Made by a program: the position numbers and the translations under genes. A stretch of DNA of 64,000 nucleotides from Bugula neritina (Eukaryota; Animalia; Bryozoa), in contig OZ037766.1 in the NCBI GenBank assembly GCA_964035545.1, positions 23,986,126 through 24,050,125 of the forward strand, written 5' to 3'. Of the stretch, positions 28,641 to 48,200 are shown one piece after another. The notes beneath the pieces are model-generated. The model was not told the DNA's origin. It searched no databases and saw nothing but the letters and a program-made list of their open reading frames with translations. Numbering within the stretch: position 1 is the first letter of the stretch; each line of letters begins with the position of its first letter.

Positions 28641-28940
28641 ACTACCACTACCACCACTACTACCACTACTACTACCACTACCACCACCACCACCACCGCC
28701 GCCACCAGCACCATCACCACCACCACCACCACTACCATAACCACTGCCACTACCACTACCACTACCACTACCACTACCACTACCACTACCACTACCACTA
28801 CCACTACCACTACCACTACCACTACCACTACCACTACCACTACCACTACCATTACCACTACCACTACTACTACTGATACTACTACTGCTACTACTACTAC
28901 TACTATTACTACTACTATTACTACTACTATTACTACAACT
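28641..28940. repeat. (ACCACT)n/(ACT)n microsatellite
   Basis: Directly visible. Confidence 0.95.
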
Positions 28941-30686
28941 TCTATTTCTACAAAATTCACCATGACAGAACCAACAACTACTACCACCAAGCCAATATTT
29001 AAAACTTTCAGCTCACATGATGTTTCTCATCTATTTACATCCTCGCGTCTTAAGCCACTAAAAGTAATATAACTAGTTAACTGTCTTTTGTTAGAAGAGC
29101 CAATGGCATTGAATTGTTGCTAGAAATGTTGTTGATCATTATGCTGTATACTGTGTAATAAGTAGGTTGGAGTTAAATTTATTATAATTAAAGTCATTTT
29201 TTGCTTGTACTGTTAATTTTACAAATCAAGTTATACTACAGATGAAATAATATTTATATTTGTTGATGATTCATCATTGCAGTAACAACTTGCCACACTG
29301 GCAAGCACGCAGCAACATGTTTGACCCATAAAAAATATTTTTTTAATTCAAAAAGATATCTTTAGTTGGAAAACTTATGAAGTTGGCAAATTATACTAAC
29401 TGGAATGTTTTTGTTAAATGTAATGTGATATTCCATGACCCATCAACTAACTGCTATAAGTAACAATGATGTTTTTAAATCAATATGCAAATTGCTGTAA
29501 AGTAATTGCAAAAAGAATTCGCCCAAAGAATAAAATTAAAACTGCATTCTTTTAATAACTACGCCAGCATTCTACCCATTCTACTATAGAGACATTTGCA
29601 TGGGGAATCTTAACACATCATTTTACCCAGTTCTCTACAACTTCCCTTGCTTCCCATTACCACTTCAGCTCTTTTACTCTGCTATAGAAACTAGTGGGAA
29701 TTTTAGCACAAAATTACTCAATCTTGTAACTAATTGAACAAAATTCTATCTGTAATTTGACAAACTTGCAAAGACTGTGAAGCTCAAAGCAAGATTAGGA
29801 ATTTCTTTATCATGTAGCTCATTATTTATTTATATGTACTTATAATCTTCTTTCCTTTCCTTTATTATGTAATATCTTTCAAGAAAATCAATAGCTATTG
29901 CTTGTAACATTTCAAAAGTTTGATTCGCTACCAAACTTTGTGTGTGTCTTATGTTTTGTGCTAACTCTTACAAATTCAGTGTTATTCAGTGTTGTACTTT
30001 CTTCTAGAGTAGCAAAATTATTTTCCCAACAGTGAAATGAAAACTCCTATTCCCAACATGACATTCACATCTAAAATTAAACAGAAATTTCGTTAAGTAT
30101 GCACCAGAGTAGTTTTCAAGCATGGAAACAGCTGAGAGTGAGCGCGTAATAATCATCGCAACTTGAAAGTGTCAAAAATTTCAAATTGCAGTAACTTGTA
30201 TATAACATGTTGATGAAAAAACATAAAGCTTGAAACTATGCTTCAGTTTGAAAACACTTTTCAGTTCTCATTAAATATTTTATGGTTTACGCCTTTATAA
30301 AATGTTGACAACTTCAACTAGATTTTTTAAATATATTTGCAAAAAATGTAATAGTTTATAAATTACAAATAGTTATCAAAAATGAATGATAAATATATTA
30401 ATATAAACTTTTCAAATTGTGTTTACTAGATTAAAAGTGCAAAGGATCATTTAAATTATAGCTCAGTTCTCATCACAATAATTTTGAAAGGTTGCTAGTT
30501 GCAGATATTTTTAATATTCACACAGTAAATGTTATGTTTTTTCAAAGTAAAACTATAAACAAGTAGTTTTTAACCAGCAAATGCTCAATATTTATTTTGG
30601 TTTAAATAACTAATAGCTGAAAATTTATTTATTGAACAGTTAAAGTTTTTGAAATACTTTATAGTCATATCAGCTATTTCCGTTAC

Positions 30687-32190
30687 CTTTCAACAGCATC
30701 TTAGCTGAAGAAATTTCATATGCAAGCTGGCACGTATAGCCATTCGCTAAGTTGAGACATATGCTTCCAGCGCTGCAATTATGTGCTCCTGTTAAACATT
30801 CATCAGTGTCTAAAAGATATAATAAGAATCTTGAATTTCATTGCAATGTTAAGATTTAAGGATAACCTGTGCTTTAACCAAATTAATTCATTTGCGGTAG
30901 TAAAACATGATGAGTTGTGAAAACACTAGAATGTATCTCGCATTTCCATTAAATCAATATTGCTATTTAAGACAAGACATTGCGATTTTATATTTTTTCA
31001 AGTTAGAAGATCTCAGAAATAGTTTCTAAATTAAAATGTATAAAAAAGTAACTTCACTCTTTTTAACAATACCTGTAAAACAATTCAACATCCAAAAATA
31101 TTTGGCCAATCTGACAATTTAATTTTTCATCTAATGAGCAATCTGCTTATAAGTCTAGCTTCAATACCAAGCATACAATTACTTTTAATGAAAGCAAAAG
31201 GTGCTGGACTCAAATGATGAGCAAAATTTTTATTATGTTGTTTCAAACATGGCAGAGATATTGTTTTATCAGTTTAGTAGAATATGTATAACAAAATTTC
31301 TCTGTTACCTGCATTATCTAAATCAGTAAAAACAGTTGTTGATAGTTGAAAAGATGTGGTTGTCTGTTGTGATGCTGTTGCAGTTGACATTATAGTCTTA
31401 GTCTGTAGAAGTGTCACTGCATCACTGGATGGCATGGGCGTTGTTACTTTTGGAGTAATAATATTGCTAGGGGTGGTAGCAGCAGTTGTACTAGTGACGG
31501 CGCTAGGAGTAGTAACAACAATAGTAGTAGCGGTAGCATTAGCAGTATAAGGGTTGGTAGTTTTAGTAGCAGCGCTAGTTGCAGAAGATGGAGGATCACA
31601 ACTGTATCCTGCTGTTGGTCCAATCACATCACAGCAGCTTTCACAACAAAAGCTAGCATATTGAGCACAGCTCTCTGTTGGTTCTGACAGACACACAGAG
31701 AGTCTATCTCCATACAGACAATCTGGTCCCAGCCAAGGTTTCCTATGTAGAGCACAAGTTTCACAGCAGTGTTTTTCTACAAATATTGATATAGCACAGT
31801 CTACTGCTGTTACTGTTGCACATCTCACACCTGGGTTGAAGGCCACTTCGCCTGGTAAATCTCTACAAATTTCTGAAAACCAAAGCGATAATGTAGTTTC
31901 AGAAGATGGAGGATTACAACTGTATCCTAATGCTGGTCCAATCACATCACAGCAGCTTTCACAACATATGCCAGCAGATTGAGAACAGCTCTCTGGTGGT
32001 TCTGATGGACAGGAAGAGTTTCTATCTCCGTACGGACAATCTGGTCCCAGCCAAGGTTTTCTATGTGGAGCACAAGTTTCACAGCAGTATCCAGCTACAA
32101 TTTTGGATTTAGCACAGTCTACTGCTGTTATGGTTGCACATGTCAGCCCTGGGTGGAAGCTCACTTCGCCTGGTAAATCTCTACAAGTTT
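30687..32190 (-). CDS. Partial gene: tandem Cys-rich domains (CCxxC motifs), Thr-rich mucin stalk, and a calcium-binding EGF-like exon
   Basis: Exon 32190-31309 (phase 1-1) encodes two 106-aa repeats (CRDLPGEV...CCETC...DCPYGDR...CCESCC) and a T/S/A/P-rich region. Exon 30809-30687 encodes DTDECLTGAHNCSAGSICLNLANGYTC. Start and stop are not resolved. Confidence 0.7.
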
Positions 32191-33998
32191 CTGAAAACCA
32201 AAACAATATTGACATAGTGAGTAAAGTTGAAATAACATTTAAATTTACAGATCTTAAAACTTTTAATAACACATAAACTATTTAAGGCAAACCACAACAC
32301 TTGCAAAAATTGCTAAACTATAAAGTAAACTAGCCAAATCAAGGTTAAACCAAAAAAATATCTTAGTTTTTGGTAGTTTAAAAAAATCTACCAGGCAGAA
32401 GTTTACACTGAGTAAAAAAGATTTTTACTGTACTTGGGTGTAGTCAACAACCCACAGCAACTTTTTCAGCAAACGATAACAATATTACTCGCTCACTCAA
32501 ATACACATGTATATTAAGGGTTTTTGCTTCTGTTTATATACGCAGTCTGGTTCTATAACTATACTGGTTTTCAATAGTCTGCAATTAAATATGACCGAGT
32601 AGCACAACCCAATGATGCAACCCAATTCAATGCAACACAGCCCAATGCGGAGCAAGAGGAATTTGGGCTTTCGATATTTTATATTCAACAGACAGCTGAT
32701 TATCAATTATAGAAGATTAGTTTTAGGCAAAATGGAGTATAATAGAGAATAGAAATTACAGTCCTTTGCAGTAAATTTATTTATATTACACACTCATCAC
32801 AGAAAGCCACACAGTAGGCCTACACATATTTATATTTAGGGCTACACGTACATATCAAAAATAAATTTTAAAATTGTGATTCTCTGATCTTAGGACATAG
32901 TATGTGGTTCAACTGCATAGAAATGCACAAGCTTGATGAACCTTGCTTATATTGCTATAGTAGCCATCATGCATCAAAATTTATTCATCAATTAAAAACT
33001 TCAATTTTCAAAAAACAAATGATCAGTTATTATTTAAATTGAACTTGACCGCAATTGAAATTGTTATTGAAAAAACACACACATGTACATAAACACAAGC
33101 ATATATTATAATTATAAGTTATAGCATTCACCTATCTGCAAGACAGTAGCTGTTGCAGCTGCATCGCCATTAAAACTACAGAAAATTTGTAGCATAAGAA
33201 GACTTGTAGTAAATGCACAGCATTTTCTAGTATAAGTGTAAGCCGAATTCATAATTTTAAAAGATGACTTATTATCAATCTTAAATTTGAAAGATATTAC
33301 TTTTTTACTGTTTGCAACAAAATATTTTAGTAATTGATTTCAAAATCACTTTGAATATTTAAATAGCTATATGCATTACACAACGCTACTCTTAATGCTA
33401 TTTCGTTGCCCCAAAACCTTTGGGTGCATGTTAAATTCCTCTAAAATTTGAATATTATTTTGTTATTTATAACACGAGGTTATGCAATCTTAAAGTTCTA
33501 TCACTCAGCATAATGTACTGCTGTCATCTTGCTATCAGCACAATGTATAAACGGCTTGTTGATTAATTTTTTAGTTTAAAAATAAAAAGAAATCCCTAAA
33601 TGTCAATAGCAAATAATGTGATAATTTTTCTTGGGTTGCTTTTATGATACAAAACATTTTTTTGAAAGTTCAAAGTTTTAGCTATACACCAAGTAAATAC
33701 ACTTTTATAGATTTCTCCCCTAAATTTTGATTATAGATCATATTAATTTATGCAGAAAAAAGAACAAAAATATTAATAAATAATTATTCACAACTTTGTA
33801 TAATTGCATTTGGTAATGAAAGCATCTGTTTAAAATAGGATACTTTTTAAATTTAGATAACTTCTGTACGTATTTAAAAAAGTTATAGCAAATAATCATA
33901 AACGAAAAGTTTCAATAATAAATTATTATAAACTTGTTTATGCAAGGAGCATTGTTAAAAGTGTTTGCTGAGTTTAAAAGGCTGTGCCTAAATATGCA

Positions 33999-34179
<181 letters not shown>

Positions 34180-34403
34180 TTGAGATATTACGCTCTCATT
34201 TAATGCTCAGCAATGACATTAAATGATTGAGCACTCTCACCATGGTCACAAACTCAAGCTGCTAGCATTTTGCAATGCTCGTGACTCCTAGGTGACCCCT
34301 AGAGTCACTTGAGCACTCTGGCTTGAGTTTACACACCTTTTAAATATGCTTTAGTAAAACTATAAGTTTTACTATTGCGAAGGTGTGGGCCTTGGTACTC
34401 TGT

Positions 34404-34450
34404 TCTGTGCTGATGAGGGGACAAATCCCGAAACAGCTGCTGTCCACAGA
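34404..34450 (+). ncRNA. Type I hammerhead ribozyme, array copy 2
   Basis: Same fold; GUC at 34442-34444. Confidence 0.9.
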
Positions 34451-34674
34451 TTGAGATATTACGCTCTCATTTAATGCTCAGCAATGACATTAAATGATTG
34501 AGCACTCTCACCATGGTCACAAACTCAAGCTGCTAGCATTTTGCAATGCTCGTGACTCCTAGGTGACCCCTAGAGTCACTTGAGCACTCTGGCTTGGGTT
34601 TACACACCTTTTAAATATGCTTTAGTAAAACTATAAGTTTTACTATTGCGAAGGTGTGGGCCATGGTACTCTGT

Positions 34675-34721
34675 TCTGTGCTGATGAGGGGACAAATCCC
34701 GAAACAGCTGCTGTCCACAGA
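34675..34721 (+). ncRNA. Type I hammerhead ribozyme, array copy 3
   Basis: Same fold; GUC at 34713-34715. Confidence 0.9.
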
Positions 34722-34723
34722 TT

Positions 34724-34765
<42 letters not shown>

Positions 34766-34771
<6 letters not shown>

Positions 34772-35550
34772 CTCCACCGCTATCTCCTTTACAACCATCT
34801 GTTTTGCTTCAAAATTACGCTCTTGTTTTTCACCAGCCTCATTTTCCTCCTCCACCATAGCTTCTCTCATCATTTTTATCATTTGATGCTTGCACTCTTT
34901 GTTCTCAACAGACTCTCGTTCCTCTACATCTATCTCGTCTTCTGCTACAACTCCTGTTTTATGCTTTGGTTCATCCTTTGTAGCAGCCTCATTTTCCTCT
35001 ATCACCATATCATCTCTGACTATCTGTCCTGCTCCATGCTTCTGCTCTCGCTTTTTACTAGGCTCATTCTCCTCCACCACCATTTCATCTTCTGTAATTA
35101 TTATTGATCTTTACTTCAGCTTTTCATTCCTATCGTGCTCAACTTCCTTTTCCACTATCTCACCTTTGACCTTCTGTCCTGCTCCATGTTTCAACTCTTG
35201 TTTCTTATCAGGCTCATTCTCCTCTACCACCTTATCATCTCTGACCATCTTTACAGCTAGATGTCTGCGCTCTTTGTTCCCAACAGGCTCACCTTCCTCT
35301 ACACCCATCTCACCTTCTTCCATCTTTTTTGTTTTATTCTTGAGATTTTCTTTCTTACCAACCTCATCCTCCTTCACCATCTTGGCTCTTGTTATCTCTC
35401 CAGCTCCATGCTTCAGCTCTTCTTTCTTAGCAAGTTTATCTTCCTCTCCCACTATCCCATCTCCGACCATCTCTCCAGTTTCATGCTTTGACTGTTCCTT
35501 CGTAACAACCTCATCTTTCATTACCACTATCTCGTCCTCTTTCTCCAGTT
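34766..35550 (-). pseudogene. Truncated paralogous copy of the Glu/Lys-rich repeat exon
   Basis: EKEDEIVVMKDEVVTKEQSKHETGEMVGDGIVGEEDK matches 24617 onward. It has an in-frame TAA at about 35111, lacks the ~90 bp containing the splice acceptor, and ends abruptly at the retrozyme/(TA)n junction. Confidence 0.75.
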
Positions 35551-37831
35551 GTAAAGTTACATGATTGCTTAGTAACTTTTTGCAGTGAAAACATACATAT
35601 ATTATTATATTATTATAATACATTATTACATGTTTGTGGGTCACAGCTGTTTTACACTAAACTTCAAAATTGACAAACATATAAACTCTGCCCTATTTTC
35701 TTTCTCTATAATGTGAAATTAGTCGTGAAATTAGTCCGCCACAATGTGGATTTTGCAACTATAAAAATATGCAGGGAGTTGTCCTTTTTACCCAATCTCT
35801 TTCTAAAAGTGCCTATCAACACACTTTTTTATCCCTGTGAATATAGTATTTTTATATTTTCAATAGTAATTGGCAAAGTGTGCAATGATATGCTTTCAAA
35901 ATAATCACATTTAATTAAATTAACCCAAATGATTTTAGCAGCAAATTATTCTTTAGTCAAATCTGAAGGATTATTTTGACACAATAAAGGTGCTAAAGTT
36001 GCATTACTGTATTGTACATAAAATAGTTAACACAGCTGTTTAAGCAAGCTAGTAATACAGGATATCAACTGGTGTTGAAAGAAGGGCATATAATATGAGT
36101 CCTAGTTATGTGTTTCTATTTAGCAGTAGTAAAGCAAAGTTGGCAAGTATATCATATGGCGTACAAGATGACAACTTTGCAAATATATAAGCTGAACATT
36201 GTGCTAATACTGCATCTCAAAATTATGGTAACACTGTGTGCATGAGGCTTCTTAACCGTTCTCTTACACAGTTGTTGCAGTTGGTAATAAAGTGTGCATT
36301 TTTTGTTAAGCTTTATTGTTTATCTCATTCTACATATTTTATTCTTTGAGTCTTGTTTGTAAGATTAATACTTCTTGGCAGGTCCTCCCTTGTATGTGAA
36401 GCTCTCAGCTGTTCACATCTGTTTTTTGTCCTTAACTATCACGAAGTTTTTTTCTATATAAATAAGTCTGCTTTATCGATTTGCAATCAATTAAATAATT
36501 ATATAGCTTATAAAGTTTTCATTTTGCAATCTAAAGACTTATAACCAATTGTGGTTCTTAAGTAGAGTTTGGTGCTCATTTACCATATTGAACAAACTAC
36601 TAGGCTGGAGAGGCAAACAGGTTGGATTTTATCTTTATTTCCAACACTCAAAAACTTTTGTCAATCTCCACATACAACCTTTCTCATGTAACCAACTAGA
36701 AATCAACCAACTTTGCTTACTATAACCAACCGTAAAACCTATATTAAACAATGTTAACTATATAATACATAGCCAGATGACAGCAATACAAAAACATAAA
36801 TGCGGGAAATACCATTATTCACATTGAAACTACAGCAGTATATAAATTATCTCAAAAAGACAAAACTTGAATCTAATATAATATAATAAATTATAATACA
36901 ATAAAATATAACTACATTGTGAGTCTATGCCTCACTGATTACTAACTGTAGGTATTCCCCATCTGCTTGTTATATGGGGAGGAATTTTGCATAGCTTATA
37001 CGCGTTTGTATAAATAACATAAAATGAAGACTGTTCTTTTATGCAGCAGCTTAATATCTATATAACAGTATACTTGGTGAAATAGCCTGAATTTAATTTG
37101 GGCCATTCTAGTTTTACAATTGAATTAAAAATATGAACTAGTAATGGACAGGCCACAAACCCTGACTCATATAAAGTGCAGTTTTCAAGTCTAGTCCAGT
37201 GCAAAAAATCTGTACATAGCTCTTCAGGAAAACATTAATAAGATTGCATGATTAAATAAAATGTTAGAAATCAAGAAACATGTCATGAGATACATTTCAT
37301 ACATTAGATAAGCAAGTATAGGATTTAAAAACGGTGTGAATTTAAACATATCAATTATGTTTTCAATCTTAAAAACTGAGGTTCCTGATAAATAAGAGAA
37401 GGAAAAGCTGGCTGCATATAAGTAATTTGACACTTGGACATGTTGAACATAAAACCTTTCAATAATTTATGTCAGCTTATCTTTCTTTGAAAACCTCCAT
37501 ATATCAATTAATGTCACTCATCTATAACACATTGAATAAATGTTTGCAAATCAAATTATCAAAAGATCAATTTTTCTGTAACAAAAGTTATACCCTGGCT
37601 TACATATATTTGCAAAATTTTAAACAAAGTTTAGCCAACTGGCATAAATGCTGGTTCGTATTTCATTCACTTCAAACACAGAACATAATATATATATATA
37701 TATATATAAGTTGCTGTGCTCGTTGTGAGTCAATACAGTTTTATACAAAGGTCAGGGGCAAACGGTAGAGAATATAACAGTAAAATTGTACAACATAGTC
37801 TACTGAAAGTGAGATATAAATTAATTGTAAA

Positions 37832-42334
<4,503 letters not shown>

Positions 42335-44172
42335 AGTTGAAAATCAGCTTAATTGATGGCAGTGCTAGAGTTACTATAGCTACTGCCAACTTAAATGACA
42401 TTGAGCTGAAACACTGCAGGTGGCCTTGTAAATCAATTTACTTTGTAAAATAGTACTTGTATTTTACACAGCATTTCCAATATACATATACTAAGCAATT
42501 ATTATATTAAAATATTGGTTATTGAATTAATTACAGCTTGCTACTTATATAAGGTATATTAAAGTAATAACATGTTATATTCTAACACATACCACTTGAA
42601 TTGTATTGCATTTTTTTCACATTTGCTATGCTTCAAATTATTATATATTTCACCACTTTTGCATAGTTTTGTTACATATAGTAGTAGTTCTATAATTACA
42701 TCGTTTTATATTTTTCAAGTCTAGGCTAGCTGTTGTGTTAGTGATTTCACTTATATATTTTTGTCATTCAAACACGTTTGGCCAATTTTCTTATTTTCAG
42801 TTAATAGCAACTTGTGTGCTAAAGAGGATGTGTTGTAATAACGCAGTTATATGGCATAGAAACTCATGGGCATTATTGCATTATTCCAATAAAAAACTTA
42901 TGGCTTATATGAAAGATGTTATATAGGTTGATAACTTCCATTAGTTGAAGCTAGTATATTGTATTTGTTTGTTATAGTGTAATATTTTAATAAGATTTCT
43001 CTAGCCAATATTATTTTAGTGTCAAATACTCCGTATGTGTTATAATTATATAGTAACCTGTATCTAACACTAAACATATTGGATTAAAAAATTCATTGCA
43101 ATTAAGTATGAATTTCTTACCAGGAAATGGAAATAATGTAAAGTTTCAACAAAAAATTTCATATGGCTGCAAGTAATTATATTGTTAAGTTCCTTATCTA
43201 AGCTGCTAAGGCTAACATTTACAGACTTCTATCTGTCATGTGTTTAATATTATTGTTCAAGAAACTATAAGAAAACTAAGTAGTATAGGAACTTGTAAAT
43301 TATTATACAGTACTAAATCGAGCACTTCACTTATACAGTTGCAAACATGTATTATATAATCTCCATAAGTCAGTGAATCAGGAGCCATAACTATATATAA
43401 CTCAATTTATTTTTCTCATAAATGTATATGCCATCATTTGATGACTTTCTCTGTTTAAGTTTCACAAACACAAAACTAGGTTAAGTGCGACTAGGCTTGT
43501 TTACTTACAGTTTAAAAACTCTATCATAAAATCTAGCTTTTCAATATTTACTTTTTCGATAGGATTGAGCAAATTGAAATAATAAAAAGTTATTATGTCA
43601 GGTTTCATTAATTATAATTGATTTTGAGGGAGGGTGACTATCTTTCTTTCTTTGTAAACATTTGTGAACTCAGAAGAATATAACTGCACTAAATTAGTTT
43701 ATATGTGAGGAGAGAAATAAAAAACAGTCACTTCATATTTGGCTCTTTCTATTCTAATAAGAGACAAGAGTATGCAACTACAAATTAGAAATAAGCACTT
43801 CTTTAAATACAAAATAGTTTCTTTAAATAAGAAGCTGTAGTATAACATAGTATTTGACCTGAGGTGTATATATCATGACATGATTTCTCATACAAACAGT
43901 TTTGCAAAGAAAATAAATGCAATATATGTGATATTTGCACAAGAATAACAGCACAATATTGAGTAAATTCCTAATAAACCTTATTGTGGATCTTCCATGA
44001 TTATCATTTTACTTTGATTACCTTCGATGCACTACCTAGCAGCTTTATACAATTATAACGAACCGCCAATAATTGTCTTTGAGTGGCCATCATAGTTATT
44101 TAATTAAAATACATTATCATAAGTCACGTGCCTTTAAAGCTAATCTGGGCAGCTTAAGTTGTCAGTCTATAT

Positions 44173-44461
44173 CCCTCATTCACACGTTGCCTTATTGTAG
44201 GCCGTAACGTAAAATGTCGGCCATTTTTAATGTGTCCAAGCTCAAGTTCTCAAAGTGCGATATTAGGTACGATCTATGACACCTCATTGGACAATTATAT
44301 CCAATGAATTGACATGAATGTTTTCCTGTCCAATAGGAGCCCCTCGCAACTTGTTTGAACCCAGCAGCGCTTGATCCTAGCGTAGGCAAAGCCGTACAAG
44401 AAGCTTAGACATTGGTGAAAATGGCCAGTATTTTACGTTACAGTAAAGTGTGAATGAAGGG
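44173..44461. mobile_element. MITE-like element with nested inverted repeats
   Basis: Outer ccctcattcacac...gtgtgaatgaaggg; inner gtaacgtaaaatgtcggccatttt...aaaatggccagtattttacgttac. Confidence 0.65.
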
Positions 44462-45286
44462 TTAGTTTCTACAAAAAAGCTCCACTCATACCATACATCT
44501 TCACATAAATTATATTAGACTGAGAGTAAGAATTAAGGTTCCCAGCCTTTTCGTCTGAGCTCATAAGTGTTGTAAAGTAGGGGAGTTACAGATAGATGCA
44601 AAAAAGTTACCATCCTTAAATTTATTTGAAAACATTAAAAAGTGAATAATTGAAGCTCGCAATTACAGAAGTTAAGACTCTGAAACAATGTATTATACGG
44701 CCATTATCAGATTTATTGCCACATACATTACATGCATAATCATATAACTAGTTGAAGTCTGAATCCATTGTTTACACAAGAAAAAACTTTGACAAAGTTC
44801 TACCAAGATGCAACTTTACAAGCTTAGCAACAAAACATCATAAGAAATTAAATATCTTCATCCAAACCATAATTTATGTATATTAAATAAAAATAAACAA
44901 GACCAACAGAAAATTAAAATATTTACAATGCACCGTGGAATATATTATTTTACTCATTTCCTACATAGATAAATTCCTTATTTATTAAAAATGCTACATT
45001 AAATATGCAATTAGAAATTCACAGAAGCTTATAAAATATAACTCAAAATGAATGTTTAAGTAGAATTATACAAGTGTTAGCTGTAAAATGATATTGAAGT
45101 CATCTTGAAAACTAAACAGTTGTATAACATATTTGACTTATAAATAATATGATTAGTTAGGAACCGTCATGTGAATCATGTAGGAAAATCACTGAGCAAC
45201 TAGACTATAATTATTACCCTATTTTGCAGACACATGGAAAGACATTATCGATTAGATACTGTATAAATATTGCGCTCTACAAAACC

Positions 45287-48200
45287 TTAGGAGTCGTGTT
45301 CCCTATTCTCCGGACTAAGTGGAGGGGAGAGGGCGCGCCTGACCCTTCTGCGACCTTCAGCCAGCCAATCATTCTACAATATAAACCGTGCTGATGCGGG
45401 AATAGGGGTGTAAGATGTTAATATGAGCTAAAATTTAGAGATAACAGTTTTCAGTCGAGTGTTGGAAAGGTGAAAAAAGATACCGATATTTTAGTGCAAA
45501 CAATAAATATTCGACTAAATTATGTAATGTAAGGAAATGCCAAACAAAATTTTTTTTTAGATACCGGTAAGTAGAAATATAAAATTTGGGATTTTATCGT
45601 AAAAAAGTATATTGGAAAGATTATGAGATAGAAAATTGAAGTGATTCTAAACTTATAAATTATAAAAATTAGAAAATAAATAAAATACATACAATTCTGC
45701 CATTCTGCTGAAAATGCTCCATAAAATTCTGAACAAACTCCCCACTTCTGTCTGACCAGTTCTGAATCAAGTCTGAAGTCTTCTCCTTTAGTTCATCTAT
45801 CTTTCCGCCAACTTCTATTCTTTTTGCCTGTACATTTCGAATATACGTACACAGTGTTATATATACACGTACACAGTGTTATATATACGCACACAGTATT
45901 ATATATACATACACAGTATTATATATACATACACAACGCTATACTATATACATACACAGCGCTATATATACACGTACACAGCATTATATATATATAGATA
46001 TTACATACACAGCATTATATATACATACACAGTCTTACATAAACACGAACGTACACAGTAATATATACTGGTACTTGGACAATATAATTATAATATAGTA
46101 CAGTGTATGTGTATACTTTATGCGGATACACAGAGTATTATTTACACTTACACAAAATATGGACCTAAAAACAATTATAAAGCATAAATATTACTGGAGT
46201 TGAAAAAAATTTTTTTATTTTTCTTCAAATTTCAGGTATATAGTGTTTTTTATAAGGCATATATAATACACACAGTGCAGTACACATTGCAGTCTGAGTG
46301 TACATGGCATATATAATACACACTTAGTCGATAAGGCATATATAATACACACTTACACGTAAGTATCCCACATTGAGATCTTCTCTGGTATAACCTCGAG
46401 ATAAGTTTCTTCTCACATACATATCGTAGTCTTTGATGATACGAGCGATTACATCAGTAGTAGAGATACCTGAGGGATAGCGACACATGCGAACAATGTA
46501 AAGACATGAAATAGGTTTATATACGGAAAACATTATATATCTAGCTCAAAGAGAAGGTGACTTTCTGTACTATTTACACACTATGATATCCTGTCTAAAC
46601 TAGTGAAAGGGAAGTGACAACTCCGAGTTACCTTCGGTTCTTTGAGTGGCTAAAAACATTCCTTTGGCTTTCAAGGCGCTGTAGATATCCTCTGACCCAG
46701 CTGCAGAGTATGGCAAGTCGTCGTGGGCAACAAAGTCAATCTGCAACAAATATTGGATGAAAACTACTAGTAGAATTGTAGCAACAGCTGGGCATTGCCA
46801 GTACCACATGTAGTGTGAAGATATCAGCAAGTGATGCTTTGCTACATGTAATATCCTACATACTTTATAGTAATATCCTACATACTATACAGTAATATCC
46901 TACATACTATACAGTAATGCCCTACATACTATACAGTAATATCCTAGATATTATATAGTAATATGCTACACACACTATATATAATATAATATGTATTCTA
47001 CATACTGAGGTATAATGTATTACATACTTTATGAAATGTGAGGAATTCGTCGGTCACCTTCCAGGGTGTATCTCTCAGCACCTCATCCACGTACCTACAG
47101 TGTCTAATGGCCTCGTACCGCTCCTTCTCGTTCATCACAGTTCTCCCCTTATTCTCCAGAGTCAGGGCATCGTTACACACTACAAGTCCGGTGGAGACAA
47201 ATACTGAAAGAACTGACATCTAGCATTTAAACAGCAGATAATCAACCAAGGAGACGCACTGCACCCAAAGTGCAGGTGGGTGTTGCTTTCTGCATTGATT
47301 AAACTAAAAATACTACACCACCTTTGATAGCAGCTTTTAAATAATAATAGTTGTAAGTTCCCTTTCAAATATTTATCTAAATAAAATGCAGGTGACTTGT
47401 CCACTCTATATGGAAACATTCCAATATGCTAGTACACAGATATGTTAGCAGACGTAGCTGTAACTCACCGCCAACAATAAGATAAGCATTTGGTACCAGC
47501 TGCTTAACCTGCATAAGTTGTCGAGCATGCCCGGAGTGAAACATGTCATATATACCATCGGCAAACACCCGGACCCTTCGTGGAGCTAAAAGTAAACATT
47601 GTAGCCTTCATCTTGCAAGAGTCTCGCCAATATTTGGAACATGTGACATATATGCTCACATTGATATAAAGCTTGTTTACAATATGCAGTTAATAATAAT
47701 AATAGTGTGTGTGTGCATGCGTGTGTGTGTGTGCGTGTGTGCGTGTGTTTGTGTGCACATGTGTATAACATGATTAAGCTCTTTAACCATGGTCACAAAC
47801 TGAAGCTGCTAGCACTTTGCAAGGCTCCTGATTCCTAGAGTCACTTGAGCTCTCTGGCTTGAGTTTACACACATTTTAATTATTTTTGATAAAAACACAA
47901 GTTTCTTCTATTGTAAAGTTGTGAGCCACTCTGGTCTGTGCTGATGAGCGGGCAATTCCCATAACAGCTAGTGTACAATAACCAGTTATATAAGAAAGTG
48001 AAATGCACATGGGAAGGCAGGATTGCTCAGCTATAATAAACACCATACCATACATGTCAACCAACCTGTTCCAGCTTTTGCTTCTTCTAGAGAAATCTTT
48101 ATAGAATAGTCTGTCTGTCTATTACTTTCTATAGCCTTTTGGTCATCAGAGAATGGTGCTGGTTCTGAGTACTAAATAAAGGAAAACAGGCTATGTGCAA

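Noticed and set aside
28532-28990. Poly-Val and poly-His/Tyr ORFs
   Set aside because: Microsatellite translation. A possible terminal exon at about 28635-28532 is too weakly supported.
47935-47980. Functional hammerhead in the PCYT1 intron
   Set aside because: GAAA is mutated to ATAA, and the cleavage triplet and stem I partner are lost.
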